This document shows, piece after piece, positions 47,582 to 61,980 of a stretch of DNA of 64,000 nt. Source of the DNA: Octopus vulgaris (Eukaryota); the NCBI GenBank assembly GCA_951406725.2, contig OX597841.1, positions 1 to 64,000 of the forward strand. Direction: 5' to 3'. Numbering within the stretch: the stretch's first letter is position 1; every line of letters begins with the position of its first letter. The notes beneath the pieces are model-generated. The model made no database searches. It was not told where the DNA came from and worked only from the letters and a program-made list of their open reading frames with translations. The translations under genes were made by a program, and so were the position numbers.

Positions 47582-48239
47582 CCTCCTCATCCTCATCATC
47601 ATCATCACACGTATACACACATACAGACAGAAGCATACCCCCTCCTTACAACACACACACACATATCCTGAACCCAGTTAGCAACATGTACTAATATGAC
47701 AGAGGGGGGGGGGGGGAGAAAGGGAGAGGGAAAGACATTACATTTGTAGTATGAGGGACGAAGTATCATCCACCTTCCTCTCAGGTTCTCTTGCAGCGTG
47801 GACTTACATCTGAAAACACCCTAACCGCCTAACCCCTGGCCAAAACCTAAAGGTAAATTCCCTCTAGAACGTATGTCCACGCACGTCAGTAGAGCCCGAC
47901 CACCCCGAAGCAAAGAGGTCCTACTTCGCTTTTACCTCATCCTCCACAACATATAACTAGAAGAGAGAGAGAGAGAGGGAGGGAACGAGACAGACAGACA
48001 GATAGATAGACAGAGAAGAAAAGGGCTGAGTGAACGGAAGAGGCATTAAAACGAGATAAACATTAAAACGCGTCTAATGTGAAATAAATCGGCGTTGAAT
48101 GAGAGACGCTGAACAGACGGCGCCAAAATGGCCGTAGTTCCCTACGCCGCATACACAATAGACTCAGCTCAATCTAACTCACTGAAACTTCGAAACAGAA
48201 AGCCAAGGTAATAAAATAGACAGACGACGAAATACTTAC

Positions 48240-48403
48240 CGTTATACCATATGGTTTTCGACTTTGTGTTGGAGTATAAGATTGCAGGGAAATAGCTTAA
48301 TTTTTCCCAACCACATACATGGAAATTTTCTTTAATAATCAACCAGCCGGCATCTCCGGGACATCTGTTATGAAAAGCTGACACATAGAATCGGCGGATC
48401 TTT
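48240..48403 (-). CDS. Gene C coding exon 4 (KIRRFYVSAFHNRCPGDAGWLIIKENFHVCGWEKLSYFPAILYSNTKSKTIWYN)
   Basis: Polypyrimidine tract + CTACAG| acceptor, |GTAAGT donor, 164 nt, phase 2 to 1, frame continuous with exon 3. Confidence 0.9.
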
Positions 48404-49140
48404 CTGTAGAGAGAAAAATATAAAAGGGCTGGTTTCAGATCTTTTTGTTGTTTAACCTCCGCAATGTGTATTACTTTATCTGGAAAGGCATTTATTAATG
48501 TCAACGAAGTACAAGACTCTAATCTTCTTCTAAGTAAAATTCCCTGACTTAAATATACATGTTGTAGCGCTCCAGCCATTTCGTGAAGGCCTCATGAGTA
48601 ACAGTTTTATGATCTTTTTGCAGCTGTGATAAAAAATCATATTGCTCTACCTTCGGTATTCGAATACTATTTTATCCACCTTGTTTCACATTTATGTGCT
48701 TACTTGTGCATGTATGTATGTATGTATGTATGTATGTATGTATGTATGTATGTATGTATGTATGTATGTATGTATGTATGTATCTATGTATGTATGTATG
48801 TATGTATGTATGTATGTGTATGTATTTGTGGGGGTTTATGTTTGAATGTGTGCACGTTTGTTCCCCACTATCGCTTGACAACCGCTGTTGCTGTGTTTAC
48901 GTTCCCGTAACTTCGATGGATAGATGGATGGATGGATAGATAGATAGATAGGTAGACAGAAAGACAGACAGACAGACAGACAGATAGATAGATAGATAGA
49001 TAGATATATAGATAGACAAGTGGGTAGATAGACAGAGAGGTAGATAGCTACATAAATATGTAGATACACACATAGATAGACAGACAGACAGACAGATAGA
49101 CAGACAGACAGACAGACAGATAGATGGATGGATAGATAGT

Positions 49141-49251
<111 letters not shown>

Positions 49252-49545
49252 ATAGACAGACAGCGTTTATGCAAACATAATCTTTAAATAATAATCTGTA
49301 TATAAAAATGTATTCGTGCAAAGAATATAATGCAAAATTTATTTTCGATTTCGAAAATAAATTCCAAATAACTCGTGACGAATTCTCTGTTATGAGGAAT
49401 TTCGGAGAAAAGGAAAAGAATTGAGAACAGCCATCTTGGACTTTACTTTCATTTTTTCTTTTTCTTAAGCGGCTCTGAAAGGGATTAAATTTGAACACGG
49501 AATCTAAAGCCAATTGAGTAATATGAAGTGATAATGATGACCTAC

Positions 49546-49709
49546 ACAACGCCCGCCATTGAGAAATAATTATGGGAGCTCGTTGCCAGATCGTCCCATG
49601 GGGAACTTTTCAGGTTTTTAGCAGAGAACCAGTTTTCAAGAGTTGTATTTCGTCCATTAAACACCATTGTTACTACGGCTGTTTCCTTTTTGTATAACAC
49701 AAGTTTCAC
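49546..49709 (-). CDS. Gene C coding exon 3 (VKLVLYKKETAVVTMVFNGRNTTLENWFSAKNLKSSPWDDLATSSHNYFSMAGV)
   Basis: TTTTCAG| acceptor, |GTAGGT donor, 164 nt, phase 0 to 2; not in the ORF track, found by homology to 28407-28570. Confidence 0.88.
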
Positions 49710-49817
49710 CTGAAAACAAAAACAAAAAAAACCAACTTTTTACATTGCAAGTTTTACATGCGCATGCCTGTTTGTATGTGTGTGTGCATGTGAATGTAGG
49801 TACGAGTACGTATCCGT

Positions 49818-49887
<70 letters not shown>

Positions 49888-50699
49888 ATAATTCAAATAA
49901 ACAAAACGGATACCTGCATTACCTCTGGATATCTTTGTTGCTTATTTTGATTTTAATCACCTTACTTTGAAATTGTATGGATAATACCGTACTAAATTCT
50001 GGTGCCTCAACCTGAGTACCATAGCTATTCTTGCTGCAATAGTGACAACATGAAATTCTTCCATCCTCTTGCTCGGTTAAAGTATTTAAGAAAAATTACA
50101 TTAATATATGTTGTCTGTTAAAAATCCATATTTCTTGCAGCTGAAGATAGCGCTATATTTAAATTGATCTAATGACTATATTTTTCAATTAAATGGAGCT
50201 GCAGTACAACCTCCAATGCAAGACTACATGAGTCTCTAGTGACCTTTAACGAAAGAGAGTTCTACTGTTACGATCAAGAGACGAAGAGACAAAGTGACCA
50301 ATGAAAATAACTTGTCTCCTTCAGACCCAAGAAGGCCAGGAGAAGCAAGTCCAGTGGGAAGCTCATGATCACCCCCCCTGCCACGACAGCAGTGGCATCA
50401 TCTACGTCTACTGGATTCCCTCTGGCCAAGAGATCAAACAAGTACGTTGAGGAGATTTTGAGGGATCCCACGAAGAGATTTCGTCGTAAACGTCCGGAGC
50501 CCTTCGGTTCCTGCTGGTGGCACCTTCACCAGTACAATGTACCAATGCACAATTCCATCCTGGTAATCAACTATGTTACAGAGAGGGCATTAAAACTGTC
50601 TTTCACCGTCTCTGTAATTTAGAACATGCTCCCTGTGACTTTCGGTAGTTCCCGAAGATGAAACGCTGAAGTAGGACTTAGGGAGCAGTCGTTTTGAGG

Positions 50700-50970
50700 A
50701 TGAAGGAGTGGATTTTGTAGACGGAAACTGAAAGAATCCCGTCGTATATATATAATATATGTATATGTTTGTGTGTCTGTGTTTGTCCCGGCAACATCGC
50801 TTGACAACCGATGTTGTTGTGTTTACGTCCTCGTCATTTAGCGGCTCGGTATGAAAGACCGATAGAATAAGTACTAAGCTTAAAAAAATAAGTCCTGGGG
50901 TCGATTTGCTCGACTAAGGGCAGTGCTCCAGCATGGCCGCAGTCAAATGACTGAAACAAATAAAAGACTA
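50700..50970 (+). mobile_element. SINE family 1, partial
   Basis: Homology to 7413-7850. Confidence 0.8.
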
Positions 50971-51622
50971 TAAGAATACACCCACACCCACACACATATA
51001 TATACACACACACCCACACACATATATATACACACACACCCACACACATATATATACACACACATATATAATATATATAACATTGATCAAAGTGTACAGT
51101 TTTATACATACATTACAGACGATCTAACCCATCGGTTTCTCAATAGGGGTTCAATGGTGTGTTAGGTAAGAGACCGATCTATTATGTAACCCCGCACTCT
51201 ACAAAGATATTTGTTAAACATCGAAATATGGCGACCTTTCTCGATTGTTGGAGGTGAACAGACACATCTAGCTTGTCGTTGCTTTAAAAAACATGACTGG
51301 CTCCTTTCAGTTTCCGTCTACCTTGCTGGAGGTGTTGCCAAACGACGAGAGATTTTGGGGAAAAACATATGGAAAATATGCGTATGCTTTAGGGCTGATG
51401 TTCTTGTAAAAAGGGAATGTTCGTAGTATTAATATATGTGCAGCCTTTTAGTGTATAGTGTACTCAAAAGTCACATAGGCAACTTAGTTCGTTAGTATGT
51501 TCCTTCTCTTTTACCTTTTATGATTTGGATATAACCTTTGGTAATTCTATTGGGACATTTATGTATGGGCGGTAGAATAAAATATTCTCTTTGCTTCAAC
51601 ATGTACATATGTTTGTATGTGC

Positions 51623-51679
<57 letters not shown>

Positions 51680-51724
51680 TGTGTGTGCGTGCGTGTGTTT
51701 GTGTACGTATATATATGTATGTGT

Positions 51725-51900
51725 GGAGGCGCAATGGCCCAGTGGTTACAATGGCCCAGTGGTTACGACAGGATCGCGGTTTCGACTCCCAGGCCGGGCG
51801 TTGTTAGTGTTTATTGAGCGAAAACGCGTAAAAAAGCTCCATAAGGCTCCGGCAAGGTGTGGTGATCCCTGCTGTACTCTTTCACCACTCTTTCTCCCAC
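51725..51900 (+). mobile_element. SINE family 2, partial, with a duplicated A-box segment
   Basis: caatggcccagtggtta twice in tandem. Confidence 0.7.
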
Positions 51901-52268
51901 TCAATCTTCTGTTAGCCTGCTCGCTTACGTGATGTATGTATGTATGTATGTATGTATGTATGTATGTATGTATGTATGTATGTATGTATGTATGTATGTA
52001 TGTATGTATAAACAAAACTATTGAAAAGGTTGCAAGACGCAACGAAATTTTAGAAAAATAATGAAATATGTTGAAATTATTCCGGTGTGTGTTAAATTCT
52101 AAGGCATCAGAGGAGAATGACTCTCCCCAGACACAACAGTATATATAAACACTTTATAAATATAAGAGCAAAAATTAATTACCTTATCCTCGAAAATGTA
52201 CATGTGGGTATGTGTGCGTATGCATATGTGCATATATAGATAGATTAATATATATTGATATATAAATA

Positions 52269-52315
<47 letters not shown>

Positions 52316-52507
52316 CACACAATTATGGAGGTTTAGTTCACGTGTGAGCTAAACGATTAGGTACGCTAGATAAGTGCTGTAACGGATTACTAGGGCTCCG
52401 AGGTTTTGGCCGAGACGGTAGTTACGGAGCCATTGTAAATTTCCGATATAGAGGATAGTCAAATGTATATGACTTGAGATGCTTTGACGTTTGTTGTCCT
52501 CTTTAAC

Positions 52508-52611
<104 letters not shown>

Positions 52612-53866
52612 ATAAAAGGCAGATTTTATCTGCCTCCCTTTGTCTCTTATAGAAATCTACAATATTGGAGTTCTTCAATTACAATTTACCTAGCATTTTT
52701 AAGAGTAGAATAAATCGGGTCATGCCAGGTCCAGTTTTTCAAATTTCAACCCCAATTAAGCAAAATTTAGAAAAAACTCACATTGTGGTGTGTAAGTCAA
52801 GTGCTTTTCTTATTGTGGGCTACAGCACACGCACACACACAAAAACGGAGCGATCTGCTTCACTCACGCAATCACCCTAATTTCTCCCACTTTCTCTTTG
52901 CAAGTGTACCTTAAACCACTACTAAAAAAAAACACAGCAAACAGAAACAAATAAATACATAACGATTTACTCCTCACACAATTTCTTCAATTAGAGTTTA
53001 CCTATGATTTTTCAAAGTACTTCCATTCGGTCATGCCATACAAAATTTCTTTCAATTTCACCCCCAATTAAGACAAAATTCGAGAAAACTCAATATTTTA
53101 ACATTTCACTCCGAAAGCATTGATGTACATGTGTGCGTGCGTGAGTGTGTGTGTGTGTGTGTTTGATGGGATGTGCGACACAGAAAGTGAGGTGTGTAAG
53201 TGAAGTGCTTTTGTTAGTGTGTGTAAAGAGACAGAGAGAGTACACATACCTACGTACACCTAAAGCACGCACACACACACACAAGCGGAGCGCGAACTTC
53301 AAAAAAACTTCGCGCGCTATTTATCTGGTTTTCCATTCCTCACACACACGCATACACATACATATATGACAGTGACAAACACAAACGTTTCAAACAACAA
53401 CAAACAAACACGTGTGTGTTTGTTATTAGTAAAAAAGGCGCCAAACACAACTCACTTCTCATTCGAACACATTTGCAAAAACACACCGACGGTCGAATTG
53501 CCATAACAATACAGAAAAGGTAAATTGGTTTTTAATTAACTTTCTGTCGTTAAATTTTGGTAGTATTAATTGACGAGCCGAGCTTCTTTCAGTATATATT
53601 TATACATACATAAATATATACACATATTCTGTATATATTTTATTATATAATATTATATATAGATATATGTATATATAATTGCAGTATGAAACAGTGTTTA
53701 TGTATAAACAGACGACACTTATATATAGTTATTAATAAATGTATGCATCCGTTTAAAAGAAAAACCAAAAAATATTTTATTCTTTATAAATGTTGTGTTC
53801 AAAATAACATTTTCTTTTAAGAATGTGTATATAACAAAGTATGTGTATATAACTACGTGGCTTATA

Positions 53867-54265
53867 TCTTTATATATAAAAGTGAAGTTGTGTGTCTGTC
53901 TCCTACGATTTAGATTCCTAACTACTCCCACATTTTGCGGTGCAGTTTAACCAAAAGCGGGTATCTTATAGTCGTGATTCATATCGAGCTCTTCTGGGTA
54001 TTAGCGCGCGTCTACGATGAGTCTACGATTAAAAAAAAATTTACCATCATATTTTTCCATTTTAATGCATTTTTTCGCTATTATATAAGGGAAGTAACTC
54101 TCTAAAAATATCTACGATGTGTCAATGATTTAAAAAAAAAATTTACCTTAATTTTTTTTTCCATTTTTAATGCACTTTTTTGCTATATTTTGGCTATAAC
54201 TCTCTAAAAATGCTTATATAGTTATTTCCCTTACAAACCCGAGCAGCGCCGGGCGATACTGCTAG
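53867..54265 (+). mobile_element. Non-autonomous Helitron in gene C intron 2
   Basis: A|TC start, CCCGAGCAGCGCCGGG hairpin, CTAG|T end. Confidence 0.8.
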
Positions 54266-54570
54266 TATATTAATAAAAGGAGTTCCAACCTTGTCTGATT
54301 TTTACGTTTTATTTACTATCTTATAATGATATAATATAAGATAATGGATAATGATAAATGTTCATTCTGATTGAACTAGTACTTTCATGCCTTAAATTCT
54401 GCAATCTTCAGGTTCATGTAGTAGTGGTGACAGTCATACTTCACAATTTTTGACTGTAGCGAGATGATTAAATCTGTGCCTTAAATACAGCTGTGTGGGC
54501 TCCAGATTGCTAGGCATTGCAAACTGTATTCTGACCAATCAGTGTGTAGTATCACTCAATTATATATATA

Positions 54571-54982
54571 TAGGCACAGGAGTGGCTGTGTGGTAAGTAG
54601 CTTGTTTAACAACCACATGGTTCCGGGTTCAGTCCCACTGCTTGGCACATTGGGCAAGTGTCTTCTACTATAGCCTCGGGCTGACCAAAGCCTTGTGAGT
54701 GGATTTGGTAGACGGAAACTGAAAGAAGCCCGTTGTATATACGTATATATATATATATATATATGCGTGTGTGTGTTTGTGTGTGTGTGTTTGGCTCTCT
54801 AGCATTGCTTGACAACCGATGCCGGTGTGTTTATGTCCGTCCCCGTTACTTAGCGGTTCGGCAAAAGAGACCGATAGAATAAGTACTGGGCTTACAAAGA
54901 ATAAGTCCCGGGGTCGAGTTGCTCGACTAAAGGCAGTGCTCCAGCATGGCCACAGTCAAATGACTGAAACAAGTAAAAGAGT
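54571..54982 (+). mobile_element. SINE family 1, full copy
   Basis: Homology to 7413-7850. Confidence 0.85.
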
Positions 54983-54987
54983 ATATA

Positions 54988-55073
<86 letters not shown>

Positions 55074-55128
55074 AAACATATATAAATATATAAAAGAAAT
55101 ATTTTATAACCACTGGGCCATTGCGCCT

Positions 55129-55183
<55 letters not shown>

Positions 55184-56435
55184 TATATATATATGTATAA
55201 TTAAAGGGAAAGTTTACGAAAATAAACAAAAGACGAAGGCAGGTGGAGTACAAACAAACAAATGTATTAGTATAGCGCTCAGGAATAGAAAAAGTCTTTT
55301 ACGTTTCGAGCCTACGCTCTTCGACAGAAAGATACAAAGAAAAAACAAGGAGAGAAACAAGGAGAGAAAAAGATGCGTGTAGGAGCTAACTATCTATCAT
55401 GGCGTCCAATATATTAACAATATATTATTATTACAAAGAGATAAGAGATAAAATTATATGTACTAGCAATATTTTTATATTAATTAGTGCTTGATAAATC
55501 ATTGTCTGCTAAATACAGCTTGTTGAATTAATCAACTAAAATTTATTCCCACCCAAAATGTGTAGCCCGGAGAGAACACACTGAAACGCTGAATTTAGTA
55601 GTTAGGCATACAGCGGAAAAACACCCGACGACATGCCTTCTTAGTTCCATTAGAATTCTGTCTCTAAATTTGGCAATAAGTTATAGTTGCCCCCAGGTAC
55701 AACCGCCTGATACTTCTTCAGTTTCTGTAGAAATTTTCCACGTTGATTTTGATCTGTCACGCTTGTCTCTCTTGGGATATTCATCGGACGGTTTGCCTGG
55801 TGTTATCAGAAAGAGGTTTTCACGAGATGTGTTCTAGCTAATCTTATTTACTGCTCTTAATCTGGGTTCTAACAGTTTTCTGGCTTCGCTCTTCCTTCAA
55901 GGTTTGTTTGTAACTCAATCTTGCCATATCACAAAAAGAATGACAAAATAATTCGAGAGCCACCGAGGTCCACATGCTTTACTTTGTGCCGAGCTGAATA
56001 AGACTTTTACCAGTCATGTATCCTAAGGAGATTTCATCGATTTTGTCGTTTATTCACTCGTCATTCCCAATAAGGAAAGTCTTTTGTCTATGAAAAGGAC
56101 GGGTAGCATAGCACCGTAGGCTGCAAACAGCAAGCTTGCTACGCATGCAAGATTCTAGGAGTTCCAGCAAAACCTATTATAAAAAGAATTAATAACAATG
56201 GTTTCAAATCTTTTCCACAAGGGCAACAATTTGGGGCAGGCCATGAATCTCACCGCGGTTTGCCGCGGATAGAATTCTTTACAACACTGCTTCGCCTTCC
56301 CAATAAATAATTTTTACAGGTCAAATATGTGATACACATAACTGAATTGATCTAAATATTTGTTTATCATTATTACTGTTATTATGGAAATAATAATATG
56401 CATTTGTGTGCGCGTGTATGTGTATGCATACGTAC

Positions 56436-56614
56436 CTCCTCAATTGGAAGATAGTTCCAGAAATCAAGGATAGGATGCCGGAAGAAGTTGGGACAAAAGG
56501 TACCTCTGCATTCGTACACATTCCAGGATGAAGGAAGTCCTATATTCAGGAATGAATCATAGACTTTCGAACCAGCTCCCATTGATAAGGCATATGTTTT
56601 AATCCATTGGCTAT
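56436..56614 (-). CDS. Gene C coding exon 2 (NSQWIKTYALSMGAGSKVYDSF...CRGTFCPNFFRHPILDFWNYLPIEE)
   Basis: TTTCAG| acceptor, |GTACG donor, 179 nt, phase 1 to 0; same length as exon 2 of genes A and B. Confidence 0.9.
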
Positions 56615-56644
56615 CTGAAATAATTATAATAATACCAACAACAA

Positions 56645-56686
<42 letters not shown>

Positions 56687-56789
56687 CAGCAGCAGCAGCG
56701 GAAGCAGCAGTAGGAACAAATACAAAATGGTCATGATAAAGCATAATTCAACAAGGGACTACACAATCATTTCCATGTAGCCAGAACAG

Positions 56790-57290
56790 AAGTTTTTGGA
56801 AAACATAGGGCAGCAATTATGGGGAGGCCATGAATCGATTACATCGACCCCAGTGTTTAACTGGTACTTAATATATCGACCCCGAGTGGATGAAAGGCAA
56901 AGTCGACCTGGGCGACTCAGAACGAGTCAACTGGCGAAATACCTATTTCTTTACTACCCATGAGGGGCTAAACACAGAGAGGACAAACAAGGATAGACAA
57001 AGGGATTAAGTCGAATATATCAACCCCAGTGCGTAAATGGTACTTATTTAATCGACCCCAAAATGATGAAAGGCAAAGTCAACCTCGGCGGAATTTGAAC
57101 TCAGGGCGTAGCGGCAGATGAAATACCTATTTCTTTACTACCCACAAGGGGCTAAACACAGGGAGGACAAACAAGGACAGAAAAACGGATTAACTCGATT
57201 ATATCGACCCCAGTGCGTAACTGATACTTATTTAATCGACCCCAAAATACTGCTAAGAATTTCACCCGCCAGTTTGCCGCTTTCCCCTCT
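56790..57290 (-). mobile_element. SINE family 3 with tandem ~180-bp duplication; related copy at 30745-30935
   Basis: atcgacccc...gatgaaaggcaaagtc.acctcggcggaatttgaactc repeated. Confidence 0.65.
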
Positions 57291-57418
57291 GAAAATATTA
57301 ACAACTTTAAAAGAACTTTTCACCGATCTAGTGAACCATATCATTGCAGTAAACAGTAAGTGTGTATGTGTATAAGTATGTATGTAAGTAACTACGTAGG
57401 TACGTATGTTTGTACCAA

Positions 57419-57920
57419 TATAGTAGGAAACCGTCAGTTTTAACCATGAACCGTGAACTTTGGCTTTTACTTACAAGTATACTAGAAGAAAAGAAAACGA
57501 GTAGTCCACTTGATAAATGTCAAATAAATGAAGATGTTCACCTGCTATATAGAGTGATACAACGCACCACCTAACAGGTTCAAATCCAGCAAAATTACAA
57601 CACTCGCCCCCTGCCTTAAAAACGTTTAGAAACAGTTAAAAATTTAAGAATGCCCATGACCGTTCTGGAGGTATTCTTACATGGTGTGAACGCCGAAAAG
57701 ATCCGAGTTATATCTAGTTTGCAGCATGCTTTGACAGATAACTTTAAATTAGCTGCAGCCATCGATATAGTACCATTATATGGAGAAGTAGGAAACCGAA
57801 GAGATTTAACCACAGATTTTGAAAGGAAGTTTTCCAAGCTTCCAGTGTCCAAGGGAGCTTTTAACGAAAATCCATTTATAGATATTTCTATCATCGACGC
57901 GTGCAACGCAGAGAGAACAG
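57419..57920 (-). mobile_element. Ty3/gypsy LTR retrotransposon relic: aspartic protease + PPT + 3' LTR
   Basis: ISINGFSLKAPLDTGSLENFLS protease motif; AAGGCAGGGGGCGAG purine tract followed by TGTTGT at 57602. Confidence 0.65.
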
Positions 57921-59279
57921 AAGCAACCGTATCAGTTTGAATTGATGCAGTAACTGAATATTTAGACCTGCATACTTTTGAATAATGATCAATCTTCTTG
58001 AATTTCCTACATTCAGTATTTCGAGCTGGATATTTAAGACGCTCATGTCTTGATACACTTCCACACCCGTAACAGTAGATCCAATGTTTTGATGTATTAC
58101 TAGCCGCTGCACTAGTTTCCTCTAACCTTTCATTCCCTTCTAGTAAAATTCTAGTGAACCAAATTATTGTAGTAAACAGTAAATGTGTATATATTTAAGT
58201 ATGAACGCAAGCAACTAAGTAACTAAGAACTAAACAACAATCTCTACTAATCTCGCGGTAGCAACAGCGAAACAAAGTGAAGAAACGATGAAGTCGTCTT
58301 CAGGTGCAGAAGGGAGTGGGACGATGATGGAAGGGTGTAAAAAATGTGTTTGTAAATCTTTTTTCATACAAAGATGCCTCACCCCCACACCATCACTTCA
58401 AAGGCTGTGGTTTAAAAAAATTAAAAACTCTGAAAACATTTTCCCCAAAATTTTACAATTGTAATCTGTGCGTTTGAAGTGGATTTGTATAAATTTTCTT
58501 CAAAACTTACTTATTTTCCTGAAAGTTATGAGGGAGAAAAGTAGATCGTGGGAATTTTCCAACCCCACAGAAAACTTCTTTCTTATAAATCCCGACGCCA
58601 CAACATCTAAGCGGTATTTGTAGAAAATTTTGTTAAAATGCATTTTTCTGGATGTCATGAAGCAACAAATTCGGGAGTGTATACATCTGTGGTGGTGCCC
58701 TTTTATTTATACGATTTTTCCAATTCATGTTTATTTTATTTATTGTTTACAATACTCACTCTCTCCCCACTCTCTAACGTACGAAGAGCAGATGGATTGA
58801 AAGCTCTGTGTTGCTTTGAGGGGAAGGTAAAAATTGACAAACTGCTTCTCCTCTGTTGTTGGACTACCGTGATGTTTGTTTTACAGACAGAGATTATTAC
58901 TGGTAAAATAATTCCTCTCTCGTTTGCTCGACACACACGTCAAATTTAAATATCTTAATTCCCTCCTTAAGAGCGTTGTTGCTTCTGTGGGCCAGTAGGC
59001 ATGGGTGTTGATAAATAATATTAAAGCAGATAGGTGGTGGTTTCAAATCTCTTCCAGAGATTTAGATTTATAATATTTAATTTATTTCTCTTAAATGTGA
59101 CATACGCGTCAGGTACGTACAAATATATGAATAACAATGATAGCTTGTATTAATGAGAAAAAAAGGAGAATTAACGTTATCAACACCTGTAACCGTAGAC
59201 CACCTATCTCTGGTGCTTTTCGTTTTCTGCGTGATACCTGAGGGTACTAACTAAAGGAAAACTCCCAAACAATTAGCCA

Positions 59280-59850
59280 TCATGGATGATTAAAAAATGG
59301 ATAGCAAAGATGTTCCTTGGTGAACAAGGTCCCCTGTTTTAGTACTGATATTAGAATGGAATTTGGACTTAAGAAATGAGGAATAATCTATTTAAAAAGA
59401 GACAAAAGGGGACACTCCCTAACAGGGATTGAAGTACCGAACAGAGACTTAATGAAGCAAATTGAAACGGAAGGATGCAAATACCTTGGTGCACTAGAGT
59501 TCAACGAGATAATGACATAAGCGATGAAAGACCAACAGAAGATGGAGAATTTCCGAAGACTGGGGTATGTGTTTCGCTCAAAATTGAATGAATGCAATAA
59601 AATCCAAGCAGTTAATACGTGGCAATAGCATCACTTCGTTATGGATCGGTAATTATAAAACGGCAAAAGAGATAAAAGAAAAAAATGAATAGCATGACCA
59701 GAAAAATGTTGAGAGTACACGGAGCCTTCCACACGAAGAGTGATACCAATAGGCTGTACTCGTCCAGAAAAAAGGGTGGGACAAGTTTGATCTGTTGTCA
59801 GGACTGTATCGAAGCAGAGGAAAATGGCCTAGGATGGTATATAAAAAAAT
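59280..59850 (+). mobile_element. Degraded R4/Dong-like RT/thumb fragment in gene C intron 1
   Basis: CKYLG..., LNECNKIQAVNTW, MLRVHGAFHTKSDTNRLY..RKKGG resemble YKYLG, LNAKNKIIGINT and MHHPKSDIERLY of the 30950-33452 element. Confidence 0.65.
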
Positions 59851-59964
59851 GATCTATATACACGCAGAAGAGAGTCGATTCATATGAAAAAGAAAGTTAC
59901 CTCGGCGGAATTAATCATAATGATAATGAAAAAAAAATAATAATAGTAATAATAATTCACTTAC

Positions 59965-60298
59965 TTCGGTAGAAGGACATCTCGTTGCTGTCATTCGTGC
60001 TGACAACTGTCATGATATTTTTCGGTGAGTAATTCTTACAAACACGGCTGACATTGTTGTAAGTGAAGAATTCCGATTGGCTGCTTAGAGAAATTGCGAC
60101 ACATTTCAGTAGACATCGAGTGGAGGAGAATTGTTCTGTCGGAGGTTCCTGAAGGTAACGGTAGGAATACCCAGGAGCCAAAGATCTGTAGCTGCCTGTA
60201 TAAAATTGCTGGTTTGAGGTAACGGTCAGAATTGTAGTAAGGGTTAATAGCAGCAGCACTGTGGTCACGGTTGGAATGGTAGAAGGAAACTGGAACAT
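59965..60298 (-). CDS. Gene C coding exon 1: signal peptide + degenerate PAN/apple-like module
   Basis: ATG at 60298; hydrophobic VLLLLTLTTILTV; C..FFTYNNVSRVCKNY PAN-like pattern; donor A|GTAAGT at 59964 (334 nt, phase 1); paralogous to 33574-33901 and 2535-2862. Confidence 0.9.
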
Positions 60299-60374
60299 CT
60301 TGGCTCTAGAATCAGAAGAGGACTATACATATAAATATTTGTGTACGCATGTGTATGTGTGCGTGCGTGTGTGT

Positions 60375-60410
<36 letters not shown>

Positions 60411-60732
60411 GAAGATGAGGGAGAAAATTTAGAGAGAGATGAGAGGAAGACAGAATTCAAAAGTGGGAGAGGTAAAGAGAAAGAGACTGTAGAGTAATTG
60501 ATAGAGAGATAGAAATAGGGAGAAATCGACCCTGGTATAAGGGGACAGAGAAAGGGATAAGGGGACAGATGTAAAAAGAAAGATTAACAGATAAAAGAGA
60601 GTGAGAGTCATCGGAGAGAGAGTGAGAAACATAGTGAGAAGTAGAGGAGAGGAGAGCATAAAGAGGGGAAGAGAATAGGCTCTCTCTCTCTCTCACACAC
60701 ACACACACTCACACGCCCAAATGTAATCTTAC

Positions 60733-61500
60733 CTTTGTTGTGGGTAGACGCAGTGATTTTGCTATTCCTGGGCAACGAGAGACGTTGTCAGGTCTGTCCA
60801 CTATGACCGTCCAGTAATGTCCTCTCCTCGGATGACCGTCCACTTATGAATAATGCCACAAAATATGAAGGATGTCCACAAATGCCGCTTTCAGAATTAC
60901 CACAGATATCACCACTGTCTCTAGATGTCAAGTCAGGACCCCTACGAATGCCAATATTGTTCACTGCATTCAAATGATACAGAGGCCGACTTATCCTTTT
61001 TCCCTTTCAGGCTCAATAAAACAAGTAGTAGCTGAGCAGTGGGGTTCATATGATCAACTAGCCCTTTCCTACAAAATTTCAGACCTTGTGTTTATAGTAG
61101 AAGGAATATTATCTTCTGCTTCCAGAATTACCACAGAGGTCGGCACTGTCTCCAGATATCAATCCAGAGTTCCTACAGATGACAATATTACCACTGTCTC
61201 TACAAGTGAAACCGGAGCGAAGGTTTTCGAACTGTTCACTGATTGCAGCACTGCTCGCTTCTGTCACCAGTATCAGCAGATACGACAACTCTGTACAATG
61301 GTCAATAACATACACAATGAGAGCAACACTGGTCATTAATCATGTAATGCTTTCACCCACACGGAACTAAACTAGTGTCTCACATCAATACGAACAGTCA
61401 CACTTCACTGAGCACATTAGATATCTAAATGCACATTCGATGGGGTGTGTTCGATATTCTTGTTGGTTGTGTCAGTGCTGTTGGTGCGTTTGATGTGACG
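60733..61500 (-). other. Candidate leader exon / upstream block of gene C
   Basis: AAAG|GTAAG donor at 60732; weak shared motifs (cacttcact, cactgct) with the A and B blocks; internal ~40-bp repeats (cagaattaccacaga...cactgtctc). Confidence 0.35.
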
Positions 61501-61501
61501 C

Positions 61502-61585
<84 letters not shown>

Positions 61586-61611
61586 GTATATGTATATATA
61601 TATAAATATAT

Positions 61612-61980
61612 ATATTAAATTAGAGATAAAACAACTATCAAACAGTGAAAAACATAAACCTAAACATAGAAATAAAATTAATTAATATAAAATATATAAA
61701 ATATAAAATTCAAAATTAAATTATTTCAATTTAAAATTAAAAATTTAAAAAGAAATTTAATTATTAATTTATACTTATAAATTTATAAATTTTTATTTAT
61801 ATATTTATAAGTATAAATTAATAATTACAAAAAGGTTTTTTTTAAATTTTCAATTTTAAATATAAATTTGAATTTTATATTTTATATATGTTATATTAAT
61901 TAATTTTATTTCTCTGTTTTGGTTTATGTTTTTCACTGATTGATTTGCCTAATAGTGGTTTTATCTCTAATTTAATATAT
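61612..61980. repeat. AT-rich imperfect palindrome (~180-bp arms)
   Basis: tagagataaaac...cataaacc vs ggtttatg...gttttatctcta; centre at ~61792; a single arm also at 5575-5665. Confidence 0.75.

Noticed and set aside
47745-47951. Possible solo LTR (TGTAG...ACAACA)
   Set aside because: No target-site duplication and no second copy in the window
60788-61339. ORFs upstream of gene C as extra coding exons
   Set aside because: Stops intervene before the donor, and the homologous A and B blocks have no conserved frame
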